Shown here: positions 10,561-21,761 of the stretch, piece after piece
Position numbering within the stretch: position 1 is the stretch's first letter
How the letters are laid out: each line of letters starts with the position of its first letter
Origin: an uncultured bacterium
GTDB taxonomy: Bacteria > Chlamydiota > Chlamydiia > Chlamydiales > SM23-39
NCBI GenBank assembly: GCA_963716985.1
Contig: OY970323.1
Coordinates: 320,001 to 384,000 of the forward strand
Direction: 5' to 3'
DNA length: 64,000 nucleotides
Made by a program: the position numbers and the translations under genes
The notes under the pieces: generated by a model
Told to the model about the DNA's origin: nothing
The model's input: only the letters and a program-made list of their open reading frames with translations
The model's database searches: none

Positions 10561-12102
10561 ATGACAATTTCTATACCACCAGTCAGAGATCAGTTTGTAG
10601 GGCCGGCTCAGCCTCCCAAAGCTCCTCGGGGGCAATATTCTCATTGTTGGAATGAAACAGCCTCTCTTCAGGATCGTGTTTTTCGGAATGCTAGTAAACC
10701 GGTATGGGAGTCTTCAGATTCTCGACATCTCGGAGCACCAATTGATCCTCGGAAAGTCATAATCATAAATGGTGTCATTCCTCCTCCTCTTACTGAACTC
10801 GTTGGTCCATATCGAGAAATGATTGCGGATCACGTCCATCAGCGCGTTTCTTTTTTCTTCCAACAGCTTATAGCCTGCTATTGCACAAAGCTCCACTTTG
10901 AACAGAATGAAGCTCTTGATCAAGCCGAGACAGCAGATTCGCTAAAAGCGATGGCGGAGCAAGGCGAAGTAAAAGTTTGCACGCGAAATGCAGCACATAG
11001 CGCAACCCTTCCCTGTCTTATTGCTTATGATGATGCCGCTTGGAAGGCGTATGCACAAGCGCAAAGAACTCTACCCTGCCCGAATGGTTTTGTCTTTCTG
11101 AAGGGAAGTGATTATTATCGATTAAGCAATACGACGATGGAAGTGCCAGACTTTGTCAATAAAGCGGATATAAAAATTGATGGAAGTGCGAGAAATTCTC
11201 TTTTGCGCTCTCAATGCATTGAACTTCTCAACAGAGCTTCGCAAGGGGAGGTGACGCCGGAAGAAGGATTGAAAACATTCATGAACCTTGCGATTGCGCA
11301 AGTAAAAAGTTCTAATCGACCCGACACTAGTCCTGCGATTGCTCGTACTCTTGATTGCTATCATGACGACCTTTCTAAAATCAAAACTGTTGTGGAAACG
11401 GATCCCACTATTTTTGATCGGATGTTGGATGTGCGTGTGGACGTAGCTGATGCTGCAGCTGCGGCAAGAAAAACAATTTATCAAATCCGGCATCGAGCGA
11501 TTCGAGACGTCCATTTCGCGCAGGCACAATTGATCGATCAGGTCCAAAAGATAAAAAAAGAAGTACTCAGATTGATTGCGCGAGGACGGCGTATTCAGCC
11601 AGAGGATTTTCGGAAGCCTGATTATTTCGAAGAGGCTTTTCGGGTAGTTTTTATCGATCAGGCGCAGACTCCCGAAGACCGAGTCCGTCTCTTGAAACTT
11701 TTCAATGCACCAAGTGGAGTGCCAGGTTTTCGTCCCCTCGAAGAATGCCAGGTCACTCGTTTTAATAAGACCTCAGCACTGATTCAGCCTCACATCGACA
11801 AGATTAAATTTGTTGCACAAACAGTGTGCATGGATATGAGACATTTGCGCACCCAAGAAGCCGATCTTCGAGGTTCAGTCACCCGGGAACTCAGGGGCTT
11901 GCGTTCTTGGCGCCAAGTCGATCTCTCGCGAGAGATTCAAAAGCTCTTTCCAAGTATTCCTTCCAGTCAATCGACCATCTCTCGAATAGAAAATCCCAAT
12001 GGTCTCAATGGGAAACTCGTGAATCCAGCACTTGCAGCGCAGTTAGCAGGAGTGTTTAGGGTAGATCCCGGCCTCTTTATGCCGCATTTTTTCTATGAAT
12101 AA
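10561..12102 (+). CDS. Hypothetical protein with C-terminal XRE-type HTH
   Basis: Long ORF; C-terminus RELRGLRSWRQVDLSR...SQSTISRIEN...LAGVFRV fits HTH_3. Confidence 0.75.
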   Translation: MTISIPPVRDQFVGPAQPPKAPRGQYSHCWNETASLQDRVFRNASKPVWESSDSRHLGAPIDPRKVIIINGVIPPPLTELVGPYREMIADHVHQRVSFFFQQLIACYCTKLHFEQNEALDQAETADSLKAMAEQGEVKVCTRNAAHSATLPCLIAYDDAAWKAYAQAQRTLPCPNGFVFLKGSDYYRLSNTTMEVPDFVNKADIKIDGSARNSLLRSQCIELLNRASQGEVTPEEGLKTFMNLAIAQVKSSNRPDTSPAIARTLDCYHDDLSKIKTVVETDPTIFDRMLDVRVDVADAAAAARKTIYQIRHRAIRDVHFAQAQLIDQVQKIKKEVLRLIARGRRIQPEDFRKPDYFEEAFRVVFIDQAQTPEDRVRLLKLFNAPSGVPGFRPLEECQVTRFNKTSALIQPHIDKIKFVAQTVCMDMRHLRTQEADLRGSVTRELRGLRSWRQVDLSREIQKLFPSIPSSQSTISRIENPNGLNGKLVNPALAAQLAGVFRVDPGLFMPHFFYE

Positions 12103-12159
12103 TGTCTTTATCTTTGATGGTATTTTGAATGTTAAAATAATTTAGGCGGGAAGTGGAAA

Positions 12160-12891
12160 ATGACATCAGTATCTAGAGTTTCTGGTGGGTTCGATTTTTT
12201 TCGGCGATTAGAAAGAAAAGTTTCTCCAGCTAAGGAGACTCTTGCGAAAGTAGGCCGTCAAATCGGTTTTCGCAATCTTTTTTGTTGTGCTGTCTCATTG
12301 GCCGATTTAAGCATTTCCGGTAGCTGGAAGCAATGCGCCGGAGCATTCGTTATTTCGCAAATCGCTATTTCCTTTCTTCAGAACCAGGTAGAGAAAAGCA
12401 ATCAAAGAAGGCCGAGAATAGAAAATCAAAAGAGAATCGCGAGTTTAACCGCATCTGCATTAACAGGAGATGGTCGAGCTCTTTCCAATGTTGTAGATCT
12501 GCAACTATATGCCGTGTTCGGCTCCTTGAATTTTTTTTCAGCTCTTATGTGTTATCAGGGTGATTTTTTGCCTGGGTTGAGTGAAAAAATAAGGAAGGCG
12601 GAAGAAATCGGAGATGAGCAATCTTGTACTGCCTATCGCGCTGATTTGGATTCTATGAGGGTTGCTTGTATTTTAATGAATATGAGAAACCAGATTCAAG
12701 AGAGCAATAATAGGGATGCGCGAGAGTTTATCAGACGTGGTTGTAGCAAAGAAAGTATGGAAGATTTTTTTGGCAGGGTAAATCCGGGGATTATTTATGA
12801 ATTTTGTAGGAGAAATCCCGATCCCTCGCTTCTAAAAGCTCAACTCGAGGAAGTGGTTGCTCGAAGAGAAATAGACCCAAGATTTCTTTGA
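12160..12891 (+). CDS. Hypothetical protein
   Basis: 243-aa ORF, S/T-rich start, no recognised domain. Confidence 0.6.
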   Translation: MTSVSRVSGGFDFFRRLERKVSPAKETLAKVGRQIGFRNLFCCAVSLADLSISGSWKQCAGAFVISQIAISFLQNQVEKSNQRRPRIENQKRIASLTASALTGDGRALSNVVDLQLYAVFGSLNFFSALMCYQGDFLPGLSEKIRKAEEIGDEQSCTAYRADLDSMRVACILMNMRNQIQESNNRDAREFIRRGCSKESMEDFFGRVNPGIIYEFCRRNPDPSLLKAQLEEVVARREIDPRFL

Positions 12892-13126
12892 CACATCATT
12901 TTTTTGCGAGGATCTAAACAAACCGGAAGCGTTTGCACGGCCTTGCGATATTCTCTGCAAGCTGCCGCATCGCACTTCCTTACCAAAATCCCCATAATCG
13001 AAGCAATTATTTTGGAGAACATGGTGACATTTCTATTTTGCGTTGACACCTAAACAAACATGTTTCGAAAAATCCCCAAAAATTTGTAACATTTTTTGGA
13101 GTTAAGGTTTTTTTTAAGGAATTTTT

Positions 13127-13468
13127 ATGCCGTGGGTATACAACCCTCATGTGGGAGGAAAAAAAATACCGGAGGATGAACAGGAAGAAATTTGCAAAAG
13201 AGCTGGCAAATTTTCTCAAACACGTCCTTGGTATTCTGGCTTTTTTTTACAATTGCGATTTAGAAATCAATTTTGTTATGTAGATGGTGTAGATCGAAAA
13301 AAGAACCAACCTTTTCCTCTTTGTCGATTACGCTATTTGAATAAAAATGAATGGAGCTTGGGTTTTTATTCTTATAGCAATGACCGCTATGAATCGTGTG
13401 TTTTTTCTGATAGTCAGACAGGCACTTTGGAAGAAGCTATAGAGATTTGCGAAGGCTATTTGCAATAA
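13127..13468 (+). CDS. Conserved hypothetical protein (possibly DUF3024-like)
   Basis: RBS AAGGA; LCRLRY...WSLGFYSYSNDRYE pattern. Confidence 0.6.
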   Translation: MPWVYNPHVGGKKIPEDEQEEICKRAGKFSQTRPWYSGFFLQLRFRNQFCYVDGVDRKKNQPFPLCRLRYLNKNEWSLGFYSYSNDRYESCVFSDSQTGTLEEAIEICEGYLQ

Positions 13469-13617
13469 CTTTTGAACAGAAATGATCTGTTAGAATTGTC
13501 GGAATATGCAGTCTTTGAAAAAAGGTCTTTTTGCCAGCGACGAGTATAATGGTGCGCTTCTTCCCTTGACACCTGGGATCTTTTTTGGATAAATGTAATT
13601 TTAACAACGAGGAGAAA

Positions 13618-14301
13618 ATGAGTATTTTTAGCAAGGCAAAGGTCTTTTTTATCCTGTTTTTTTTACAATTGATGGCTCAAAATGCCGAAGCAAATGTCAG
13701 AGATAATTTCTACCTCGGGTTGGGGCTGGTGGATTCCATCAACCATTTTGAGCTAAAATTAAAAAACACCTCTACTCAGAACTCCATTAAGAGAAAAAAA
13801 GAACATAATGAACTATTGGGCAATGCATTTTTAGGATATGGCTATACAGCTCCCTGCTCGTTTTATATCGCCGGTGAGGTGGGAACCAATTTTCCAAAAA
13901 GATCGAAAAAAATTTCTCACCCTGGCGTCACGTTAATTTCTTACACGTTTGTGGATCAACTCTCCATCCAGGAATATGTGACAGGAGATGTTTTACTTGG
14001 CTATCGCCCTTTTGATTGTTTCGTGGTTTATTTGCGAGGAGGCGTTTCTGTTGCCAACATCAAACTCAATCATTTTGCCAATAGCGTGAGTCCCGTTGGT
14101 TTCGATGCCGATAAGACGAAAGCAGGCGGACGTGTGGGTGCGGGATTGAGTTATGGACTGACAAAACATTTTGGATTGAGCGCTGATTATACTTTTACGC
14201 GCTATCAAAACTTTCGTGCTTTTTGGCCCATGTTTAGCACCCTTTTCGTCGCAGAGAATTCTTCACACCTCGTCAACCTCTCTGCGATCTATAGTTTTTA
14301 A
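13618..14301 (+). CDS. Outer-membrane beta-barrel protein (OmpA/Omp25-like)
   Basis: Signal peptide ending AEA, FYLGLG, GRVGAGLSY, C-terminal YSF. Confidence 0.8.
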   Translation: MSIFSKAKVFFILFFLQLMAQNAEANVRDNFYLGLGLVDSINHFELKLKNTSTQNSIKRKKEHNELLGNAFLGYGYTAPCSFYIAGEVGTNFPKRSKKISHPGVTLISYTFVDQLSIQEYVTGDVLLGYRPFDCFVVYLRGGVSVANIKLNHFANSVSPVGFDADKTKAGGRVGAGLSYGLTKHFGLSADYTFTRYQNFRAFWPMFSTLFVAENSSHLVNLSAIYSF

Positions 14302-14391
14302 GGGACAGCGCATTCCCTTATTTTTGTTTGGGGAAGGGTTGTAAAAGCGCAAGAAATTCTGATCAAAAAGAGGTTCTTTACAAGGATGAGT

Positions 14392-15546
14392 CTATCCATG
14401 AAAAAAGGAGCGGATCTTATCAAAGAAAGAACTTTTTTGCGGATGGTTGGAGGCGGTTTCAAGTTTTTCAAAAGAACGTAAAAGCTCTTTCTGTTTTTCG
14501 GAGAGCTTTACCGGTGTTTCAACGAGAATGCGGATCAGAAGATCTCCCTGGCCATGGCCGTGAATATTGGGAAAGCCTTTCTCCTTCACGCGCAAAATCT
14601 TGTGCGTTTGCGTTCCTTCCGCAATGGAAATGCGATAGGAATCTCCATGGGGTGTGGGAATGTCCTTTTTGCAGCCCAGGGCCGATTCGGTAAAGGTGAT
14701 CGGAAGATCGAGATAGACATCGTCCCCTTCTCTTTTAAAAGCTGCATGGGGAGTTACTTCGATGAAGACATAGAGATCGCCAGCGCCGCCGCCGCTGAAT
14801 CCTGCATCGCCATATCCGCTCATTTTTAAGCGCATGCCATTGTCGATGCCGGGAGGGATATGAACTTTGACCCGCTTCTTTTCTCTGGTACGGCCCTCTC
14901 CCTGGCATTTGGTGCAGGGGCGAGTGATCACTTTGCCATGCCCCTGGCAATGGGGACATGTGGAAGACATGCTAAAAAAGCCGCGGCTTTGAAGGATCTG
15001 TCCGGAGCCTTTGCAGGTAGAGCAAATCTGGATGTCTTTGGGAGAAGATGCGCCGGAGCCGGAGCAGGAGGGGCAAGTTTCGTAGTTCGTAAGTGCAATT
15101 TCTTTGTCGGTGCCTCGAATCGCTTCTTCAAAGGAGATCGTAAGAGAGATTTTTTTGCTCGAGCCTCTTTGTCCTTCTGCTTGCGCCGTCTCAAAACCTC
15201 CTCCTCCGAAAAAGGAGTCGAAGATCGATTCGCTATTGCCGCCAAAAGCTCCCATAAAAGTGCGGAGCGCTTCTTCCATAGAGGAAAAGCCGCCGACTCC
15301 TCCGCCGGAAAAGCCGCTGCCCATCTGGTTCATGCCCTCAGAGCCATATTGATCATACATGCGTCGTTTGTTTTCATCGCTCAGAGCTTCGTAGGCCTCC
15401 GAGACCTCTTTGAATTTCTTCTCGGCATCGGGATTGTTCGGATTGCGGTCGGGGTGGAACTGCAAAGCCTTTTTGCGATAGGCTTTTTTGATCTCCTCAG
15501 GGGAGGCGTCTTTGGAAACTTCTAAGATTGCATAATAGTCTTTCAT
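14392..15546 (-). CDS. dnaJ: Chaperone DnaJ
   Basis: HPD J-domain, G/F region, four CxxCxGxG repeats. Confidence 0.99.
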   Translation of the reverse strand: MKDYYAILEVSKDASPEEIKKAYRKKALQFHPDRNPNNPDAEKKFKEVSEAYEALSDENKRRMYDQYGSEGMNQMGSGFSGGGVGGFSSMEEALRTFMGAFGGNSESIFDSFFGGGGFETAQAEGQRGSSKKISLTISFEEAIRGTDKEIALTNYETCPSCSGSGASSPKDIQICSTCKGSGQILQSRGFFSMSSTCPHCQGHGKVITRPCTKCQGEGRTREKKRVKVHIPPGIDNGMRLKMSGYGDAGFSGGGAGDLYVFIEVTPHAAFKREGDDVYLDLPITFTESALGCKKDIPTPHGDSYRISIAEGTQTHKILRVKEKGFPNIHGHGQGDLLIRILVETPVKLSEKQKELLRSFEKLETASNHPQKSSFFDKIRSFFHG

Positions 15547-15588
15547 AAAAAAATCACTTTCCTCTTATGTTAACACAGAAGAGAAATT

Positions 15589-15615
15589 TTGGCAATCAAT
15601 AGATTCAAGTGCTAA
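15589..15615 (-). promoter_or_regulatory. CIRCE-like (HrcA) operator overlapping the dnaJ -35
   Basis: Minus strand TTAGCACTT-N9-GATTGCCAA vs consensus TTAGCACTC-N9-GAGTGCTAA; TTGCCA-17 bp-TAACAT promoter. Confidence 0.7.
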
Positions 15616-15626
15616 AAAAGAGCGGG

Positions 15627-15821
15627 TTAGTATTTTTTTCTGGCTGCTGTTTTTGCACGCTTGAAAGCAGCCTTGGATTTTGCTCTTTTTCGAACGGAGG
15701 GTTTGTCATAGAAGCGGTGCGCTTTTGCGGATTTCATGATCCCTTCTTTGTCCAGTTTTTTTTTGAGGGCTCGAAGAGCTTTATCAATGGGTTCTCCAAT
15801 GCGAACTTTAATAATTGTCAT
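15627..15821 (-). CDS. rpsU: 30S ribosomal protein S21
   Basis: [12 protein letters not shown]...[10 protein letters not shown]. Confidence 0.97.
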   Translation of the reverse strand: MTIIKVRIGEPIDKALRALKKKLDKEGIMKSAKAHRFYDKPSVRKRAKSKAAFKRAKTAARKKY

Positions 15822-15963
15822 GAATGTTTTTTCTCCAAAGGTTCAAAAAGATGTACGTGATTTTAGACGATTTCTGAATAAACATCAAGAAAATGCTCTA
15901 TAGTATGTCCGATAGGGTGCAGATGACCCATTTTTCTTCGCGCAAGGGGCTTTGCAAGCGGTT

Positions 15964-16605
15964 TTAGAGATAGAGAAGGTCGAGCTCCGGATAGAGAGGA
16001 GTTGCGGGATCTTTCGACAGCTTTTCATTTACGATTTTTGCGAGGTGGTGGAAATCAGGTCTGCTTTCGATCAAGGAAAAAGAGGGGTATTTTTGCGCAA
16101 GAGAGTCTTTTTTTGGGATGAGGCGCGTTCGTGTTTTTTCAAATAGAGATTGGGCCTGTTCATGGGGCACAAGAGCGGGTTTGCCGAAAAAAGAGATGGA
16201 GGGTCCTTTCTTTTGTCCGTGCAATAAGTAGAGGCCTCGCGTATGGGCATCCATGGCAGAGAGGAAATTACCTTCTGAAGGAGGGGTATAAATTTCAAGA
16301 GAGCAAAAGCCAAAGAGAGGGATTTTTAAGGCATAGGCAAGACTCTTGGCAACCGTCCCGCCGACTCTCAGAGAAGTGTAGGAGCCGGGACCCTGGCTTG
16401 CTGCGAGGAACTTGAGAGAGGCAAGAGAGCATTTTTCGGAAGCTAAAAACTCATGCAGCCGCATCACGAGAAAGCGGGAGAGGCTTTCTTTTTCTTCAAT
16501 GCAAAGCGTTGCAATAGGAGTTTCTCCTTCGGTCAAGAGGAGGTAGGCGGGATCTGTCGAGGTCTCTAAGATGAGACCCATCTTTTTAAAAGTTGTGTTT
16601 GACAT
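15964..16605 (-). CDS. tsaB: tRNA threonylcarbamoyladenosine biosynthesis protein TsaB
   Basis: LILETST...GPGSYTSLRVG; chlamydial synteny. Confidence 0.92.
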   Translation of the reverse strand: MSNTTFKKMGLILETSTDPAYLLLTEGETPIATLCIEEKESLSRFLVMRLHEFLASEKCSLASLKFLAASQGPGSYTSLRVGGTVAKSLAYALKIPLFGFCSLEIYTPPSEGNFLSAMDAHTRGLYLLHGQKKGPSISFFGKPALVPHEQAQSLFEKTRTRLIPKKDSLAQKYPSFSLIESRPDFHHLAKIVNEKLSKDPATPLYPELDLLYL

Positions 16606-16696
16606 TCAAAAGATAAATTTGCACTGTAAAAAAAAGGTTATTAAATCCCTAAAAGTATACCGATCTCTGGAGAAAAAAGGAAGTGATTAAAAAGGG

Positions 16697-16725
16697 TTGA
16701 TACTTTCCCTTGGGTTTTTGATAAT
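16697..16725 (+). promoter_or_regulatory. Putative sigma66 promoter of lon
   Basis: TTGATA-17 bp-GATAAT. Confidence 0.45.
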
Positions 16726-16753
16726 CATAAGGTGATTTATCAGAGAGGTTCCT

Positions 16754-19282
16754 TTGTTAGAAAATCCGAATGAAAATAATGAAGACGAGTTCCTTACAAC
16801 GCCGATTGACGAAGAGGTGATTGGAGAGAACAAAGAAATCAAAAAGGAGAACACTCCATCGATCGCATTCCCGACGGAGGTGTATATTCTTCCTTTAAAC
16901 CGGCGGCCCTTTTTCCCCGGCATGGCAGCGCCCATTTTGATTGAACGAGGTGCTTTTTACGAAGTGTTAAAACTTGTGGCCAAGACGGAACACAAGTGCC
17001 TAGGCCTTTTTTTGACAAAGAAGGAAAACGTCAACATCTATAAAATTTCTCCGGACGATCTTAATTCCGTTGGAGTGTTGGCCCGAATCTTGCGGATCAT
17101 TCCCTTGGAACAAGGGGGCGCGCAGGTCGTCTTCAACATGGAAAAGCGCATCTCGATCGTCGAGGCAAAAAGCAATAAGTTCTTATCTGCGAAGATTACC
17201 TATCACGATGATCCTCCTTTGCACCATTTAAGCAAGGAACTAAAAGCCTATTCGATCAGCATCATCACGACGATCAAGGAATTGCTCAAACTCAATCCGC
17301 TCTTCAAGGAAGAGCTGCAGATCTTTTTGAGCCACTCCGATTTTACCGAGCCCGGAAGACTGGCCGATTTTGCAGTGGCTTTGACGACGGCCAATCGAGA
17401 AGAGCTGCAGGAGGTGCTCGGCGCATTCGATTTACAGAAGCGTATTGACAAGGCGCTTCTTCTATTGAAAAAGGAGTTGGACCTTAGCAAATTACAAAGT
17501 ACGATCAATCAGCGAATCGAAGCGACGATCTCAAAGGCCCAAAGAGAATTTTTCTTAAGAGAGCAGCTGAAGGCGATCAAGAAAGAGCTTGGTATGGAAA
17601 AAGATGATAAAACCATCGAGATCGAAAAATTTGAAGAGCGTCTGAAGAAAAGAAAAGTTCCCGAAGAGGTGCAGAAGGTAGTTAAAGAAGAAAAGGAGAA
17701 GCTCTCCTCCCTTGAGGTGATGTCCGCAGAATATGGAGTCTCTCGCAACTATCTGGACTGGCTCACCGTTGTTCCCTGGGGTGTGTTTAGCAAAGAAACG
17801 ACCGATGTGGACAAAGCCCAGAAGATCCTCGAAGAGGATCATTATGGCCTCAAAGACATCAAAGAGCGCATTTTGGAATTCATCGGCGTTGGAAAACTCT
17901 CCGGCGGCGTTAAGGGAAGCATTGTCTGCTTAGTTGGCCCTCCGGGAGTGGGCAAGACGAGCATTGGGAAAAGCGTGGCTCGGGCGCTGAATCGAAAGTT
18001 CTATCGATTTTCCGTCGGCGGGATGCGCGACGAGGCAGAGATCAAGGGACATCGCAGAACCTATGTGGGCGCAATGCCCGGAAAAATGATTCAGGCTCTG
18101 AAACAGGCGCAAACGATGAATCCTGTGATCATGATCGATGAAGTGGATAAGATGGGAGCGAGCTATCAGGGCGATCCCGCATCCGCTCTTTTGGAGGTTT
18201 TGGATCCCGAGCAAAATAAGAGCTTTCACGACCATTATCTCGATGTGGATTGCGATCTTTCTAACGTTCTTTTTATCGTCACCGCCAACGTTCTGGACAC
18301 GATTCCGGAACCGCTGAAGGACCGCATGGAAGTGATGCGCTTGTCGGGATATATCATGGAAGAGAAGATCCAGATTGCAAAAAAATATTTGATTTCGCGC
18401 AACCGCAAAAGCATGGGTCTCAAAACAGAGAACATCCAGTTCACCGATGATTCTCTTGCAAAGATGATTGACGGATACGCGCGAGAGGCCGGGGTGCGAA
18501 CGCTCGAAAATCAGATCAAGAAGATTTTGCGCAAAGTTGCGCTCAAGATCGCGCGTCATAAAAAAACCAAAAAGGTCACCATTACCCCAACGAATTTGAG
18601 TGAATATTTGGGCAAGCCGATCTTTACTTCGGATCGCTTCTATGAAAAGATGCCGATCGGAGTTTGTACGGGACTTGCTTGGACGGCTCTTGGGGGAGCG
18701 ACTCTTTATGTAGAAGCCATGCGTGCGACGAGCGAAGATAAGACGGTGACCAAGCTGACGGGGCAAGCCGGAGATGTGATGAAGGAATCGTTCCAGATCG
18801 CTTGGAGTTATCTGCATGCGTCTTCGGAAAAATATGCTCCGAACGTTCCCTTTTTCTCTAAATCGGAAGTGCACGTCCACATTCCTGAGGGCGCGACTCC
18901 CAAAGATGGTCCCTCCGCAGGCATTACCATGGTGACGGCTCTGCTTTCTCTTTTGATCCAAGAGCCGGTGAGTGAAGATCTGGCGATGACCGGAGAGGTG
19001 ACTCTGACGGGAAAGGTGTTGCCCATCGGGGGCTTGAAGGAAAAGTTGATCGCTGCGAAACGATCGGATATTAAAACCCTGATTTTTCCGAAAAATAATC
19101 TTCGCGATTATGATGAGCTGCCCGAATATTTGAAGAAAGGCCTAAAAGTCCACTTTGTGGAGCATTATGACGAGGTTTACAAAATTGTATGGCCCAAGAG
19201 AAAAATCCATGAGAAAGAAATGGAAAAACGAGTGCCGAAAGAAGATCGTTCCTCCAAAGGAAATAGAAGAGCTCGCGCGTAA
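16754..19282 (+). CDS. lon: ATP-dependent Lon protease
   Basis: GPPGVGKTS, DEAEIKGHRRTYVGA, PKDGPSAG. Confidence 0.99.
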   Translation: MLENPNENNEDEFLTTPIDEEVIGENKEIKKENTPSIAFPTEVYILPLNRRPFFPGMAAPILIERGAFYEVLKLVAKTEHKCLGLFLTKKENVNIYKISPDDLNSVGVLARILRIIPLEQGGAQVVFNMEKRISIVEAKSNKFLSAKITYHDDPPLHHLSKELKAYSISIITTIKELLKLNPLFKEELQIFLSHSDFTEPGRLADFAVALTTANREELQEVLGAFDLQKRIDKALLLLKKELDLSKLQSTINQRIEATISKAQREFFLREQLKAIKKELGMEKDDKTIEIEKFEERLKKRKVPEEVQKVVKEEKEKLSSLEVMSAEYGVSRNYLDWLTVVPWGVFSKETTDVDKAQKILEEDHYGLKDIKERILEFIGVGKLSGGVKGSIVCLVGPPGVGKTSIGKSVARALNRKFYRFSVGGMRDEAEIKGHRRTYVGAMPGKMIQALKQAQTMNPVIMIDEVDKMGASYQGDPASALLEVLDPEQNKSFHDHYLDVDCDLSNVLFIVTANVLDTIPEPLKDRMEVMRLSGYIMEEKIQIAKKYLISRNRKSMGLKTENIQFTDDSLAKMIDGYAREAGVRTLENQIKKILRKVALKIARHKKTKKVTITPTNLSEYLGKPIFTSDRFYEKMPIGVCTGLAWTALGGATLYVEAMRATSEDKTVTKLTGQAGDVMKESFQIAWSYLHASSEKYAPNVPFFSKSEVHVHIPEGATPKDGPSAGITMVTALLSLLIQEPVSEDLAMTGEVTLTGKVLPIGGLKEKLIAAKRSDIKTLIFPKNNLRDYDELPEYLKKGLKVHFVEHYDEVYKIVWPKRKIHEKEMEKRVPKEDRSSKGNRRARA

Positions 19283-19709
19283 CCTTCGTCAAAAAGGACA
19301 AAAGATTGCCACGCTCAACGGCTCCTTTGACCTTCTTCATGCAGGGCATTTGTATATTATTTTTGAGGCATCGCTGGTTGCGGACGTCTTGATCGTAGCG
19401 CTCAACAGCGATGCATCGATCAAGCGCTATAAAAGTCCGAAGAGGCCCATTATTCCCCTGAAATATCGTCTGGAGATGATGGCGGCTCTTGGCTTTGTCG
19501 ATTATGTGACCTGGTTTGATGAGACCGATCCAAGAGAGCTTTTGAAGCGCATCCGGCCCGATGTGCACGTCAATGGAGCAGAATATGGGGAAGATTGCAT
19601 GGAATCGGCCACCGTGCGCCAAATGGGCGGAAAGTTGCATCTTGTACGACGCATACCCTCCCTTTCAACAACTGCAATTATCGAGAAGATTCAGCAATGC
19701 GCACCTTAG
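19209..19709 (+). CDS. RfaE domain II-like cytidylyl/adenylyltransferase
   Basis: NGSFDLLHAGH, VALNSDASI, RPII, STTAII; start overlaps the lon 3' end. Confidence 0.88.
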   Translation: MRKKWKNECRKKIVPPKEIEELARNLRQKGQKIATLNGSFDLLHAGHLYIIFEASLVADVLIVALNSDASIKRYKSPKRPIIPLKYRLEMMAALGFVDYVTWFDETDPRELLKRIRPDVHVNGAEYGEDCMESATVRQMGGKLHLVRRIPSLSTTAIIEKIQQCAP

Positions 19710-20863
19710 CCAAATTTTCCAATGAAGAAGAGGCGCGGAAATTCTCCTTTTTCTTAAAAAAACAGGGGATAGCCAATAAGATAGATGTTGAGAAAAATTC
19801 TTTTTCTCTTTGGGTAGAGGATGAGGATGATCTTCTCAAAGCACAAAATTTTTTCGATCAGTGGAAAAGGGGAGCTTTGCTTCTTCCCGAGGTTAGGGTC
19901 GAAGAAACCCCTCCTCCCGAAAACAGCGAAATGGAAGAAGAGGAATTTGTAGAAGATGAGGAGCCGTTTGTAGAGGAAGAGGCAAACGCGCCGGAGCTTG
20001 TCCCAAGACCTCGGCGCAAACATTTTATTCTGACCGGCCTCTTCTTTCTGTTATGTATTCTTTTTTTTCTCATCCACCTCTTTCAATCCTATGATTGGCA
20101 AACCCCGTCGAAAGGGATTTTTTTGGACACTCCCATCCAAAATGCCCTTCTCTATGACAATCCGTCGATCTTGCAAGAGGTGAATCAATACTTGATGGAG
20201 CATCCGGTTGCCCTTGACATCGATCTTCACAAAGACTTTCAAAAGATCCCCTTGGAAATGCAAGATATGCTCAAAAAGGGATCCGCGCTTCCCGTCTGGC
20301 CCGGATTGGAGTCTTATCTTAAGGAGAAATGGAAAACGCCCGAGAAAAAACTTCCCTCCTTTCCCATGTTTGAAAAGATCCGCCAAGGACAGATCTGGCG
20401 CCTTGTTTCTCCGGCCTTTTTTCATGAGAATCTCTTGCACATTCTTTTCAACGTTCTCTGGCTCTGGGTGTTGGGCAAGCAGATTGAATCCAGGCTCAGC
20501 AAAATCAAATATTTGTCTTTAGTACTTGTCATCGCTCTTTTTACCAACACCTGTCAATACCTCATGAGCGGATATAAGTTTTTAGGATATTCCGGCGTGA
20601 TCATGGGGCTTGTGGGATTTATCTGGATGAGGCAAAAAGTAGCTCCTTGGGAAGGGTATCCTCTTTCGAAGAGCGCCCTATTGTTCATCGGCATCTATAT
20701 CTTGTCGCTCTTTGTCTTGCAGTTCTTTTCTTTTGGCCTTGAAGTTGTGGGCGTTCATCTGTTTTCTGCCAACATTGCGAATACGGCCCATATCAGCGGT
20801 GGAATTTTAGGACTGATTTTAGGACGCTTTCCCTTTTTTTCCAGGAGGGTCAGTGAGCAATAA
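19697..20863 (+). CDS. Rhomboid intramembrane serine protease (GlpG-like)
   Basis: WRLVSP, HILFN, GYSG, AHISG. Confidence 0.92.
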   Translation: MRTLAKFSNEEEARKFSFFLKKQGIANKIDVEKNSFSLWVEDEDDLLKAQNFFDQWKRGALLLPEVRVEETPPPENSEMEEEEFVEDEEPFVEEEANAPELVPRPRRKHFILTGLFFLLCILFFLIHLFQSYDWQTPSKGIFLDTPIQNALLYDNPSILQEVNQYLMEHPVALDIDLHKDFQKIPLEMQDMLKKGSALPVWPGLESYLKEKWKTPEKKLPSFPMFEKIRQGQIWRLVSPAFFHENLLHILFNVLWLWVLGKQIESRLSKIKYLSLVLVIALFTNTCQYLMSGYKFLGYSGVIMGLVGFIWMRQKVAPWEGYPLSKSALLFIGIYILSLFVLQFFSFGLEVVGVHLFSANIANTAHISGGILGLILGRFPFFSRRVSEQ

Positions 20864-21761
20864 AGACGTCATTATTTTAGGATGCTCCAGCCAGCAGCCC
20901 ACCAGAAATCGCAATCATGGGGCCTATCTTTTTCGTTGGAATGAAGAGGGTCTGCTTTTCGATCCGGGAGAGGGCACGCAAAGGCAGTTTATTTTTGCCG
21001 AGATCGCGCCTCCCGTGGTGACCCGCATTTTTGTCAGCCATTTTCATGGCGATCATTGCCTCGGCGTTGGTTCCATGCTTATGCGGCTCAACCTCGATAA
21101 GGTGACCCATCCGATCCATTGCTATTATCCCGCGAGCGGGAAAAAATATTTTGACCGTCTGCGCTTCGGATGCATTTATCATGAAAATATTCACATCGTC
21201 GAGCATCCCGTTTCTAAAGAAGGTCTTGTAGAGGACGACGGAAAGTTTCAAATTGTTGCGGCTTTCTTAAAGCATGGAACGGACAATGTGGGATGGCGCG
21301 TCACGGAACCCGACCGCATCAAGTTTGATAAGGGTAAGCTGGACCATTTTAAGATCCAAGGATCTCTTGTGAAAAAACTGGAAAAAGAGGGTTTCCTCTT
21401 AATCGATGGCCGGAGGATTGATTTGGATCAGGTAAGCCATGTACGTAAAGGCGGCTCGATCGCGGTGGTGATCGATACGGTTCCTTGTCCGCAAGCGGTC
21501 CATTTGGCAAAAGATGCGGACATTTTGCTCTGCGAGAGCACCTATCTGGAAGATCATCGAGATCTGGCAGAAAAATACATGCACATGACAGCCAAGCAGG
21601 CGGCTTTGATTGCAAAAGAGGCTCATGTAAAAAAGCTCATTTTGACCCATTTTTCCGCTCGTTATCAAGACGAGTCCGCATTCGAAAAAGAAGCCCGCGA
21701 AGTTTTCCCCAATAGTTTTGCGGCAAGGGATTTTGCGCGGTTTGAGTTTCCAAAAGACTGA
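20853..21761 (+). CDS. rnz: Ribonuclease Z
   Basis: [24 protein letters not shown]. Confidence 0.97.
   Translation: MSNKDVIILGCSSQQPTRNRNHGAYLFRWNEEGLLFDPGEGTQRQFIFAEIAPPVVTRIFVSHFHGDHCLGVGSMLMRLNLDKVTHPIHCYYPASGKKYFDRLRFGCIYHENIHIVEHPVSKEGLVEDDGKFQIVAAFLKHGTDNVGWRVTEPDRIKFDKGKLDHFKIQGSLVKKLEKEGFLLIDGRRIDLDQVSHVRKGGSIAVVIDTVPCPQAVHLAKDADILLCESTYLEDHRDLAEKYMHMTAKQAALIAKEAHVKKLILTHFSARYQDESAFEKEAREVFPNSFAARDFARFEFPKD

Noticed and set aside
17930..18961. Long antisense ORFs (also 33729..34655, 46994..47731, 59602..60387)
   Set aside because: Shadows of conserved genes with no recognisable motifs
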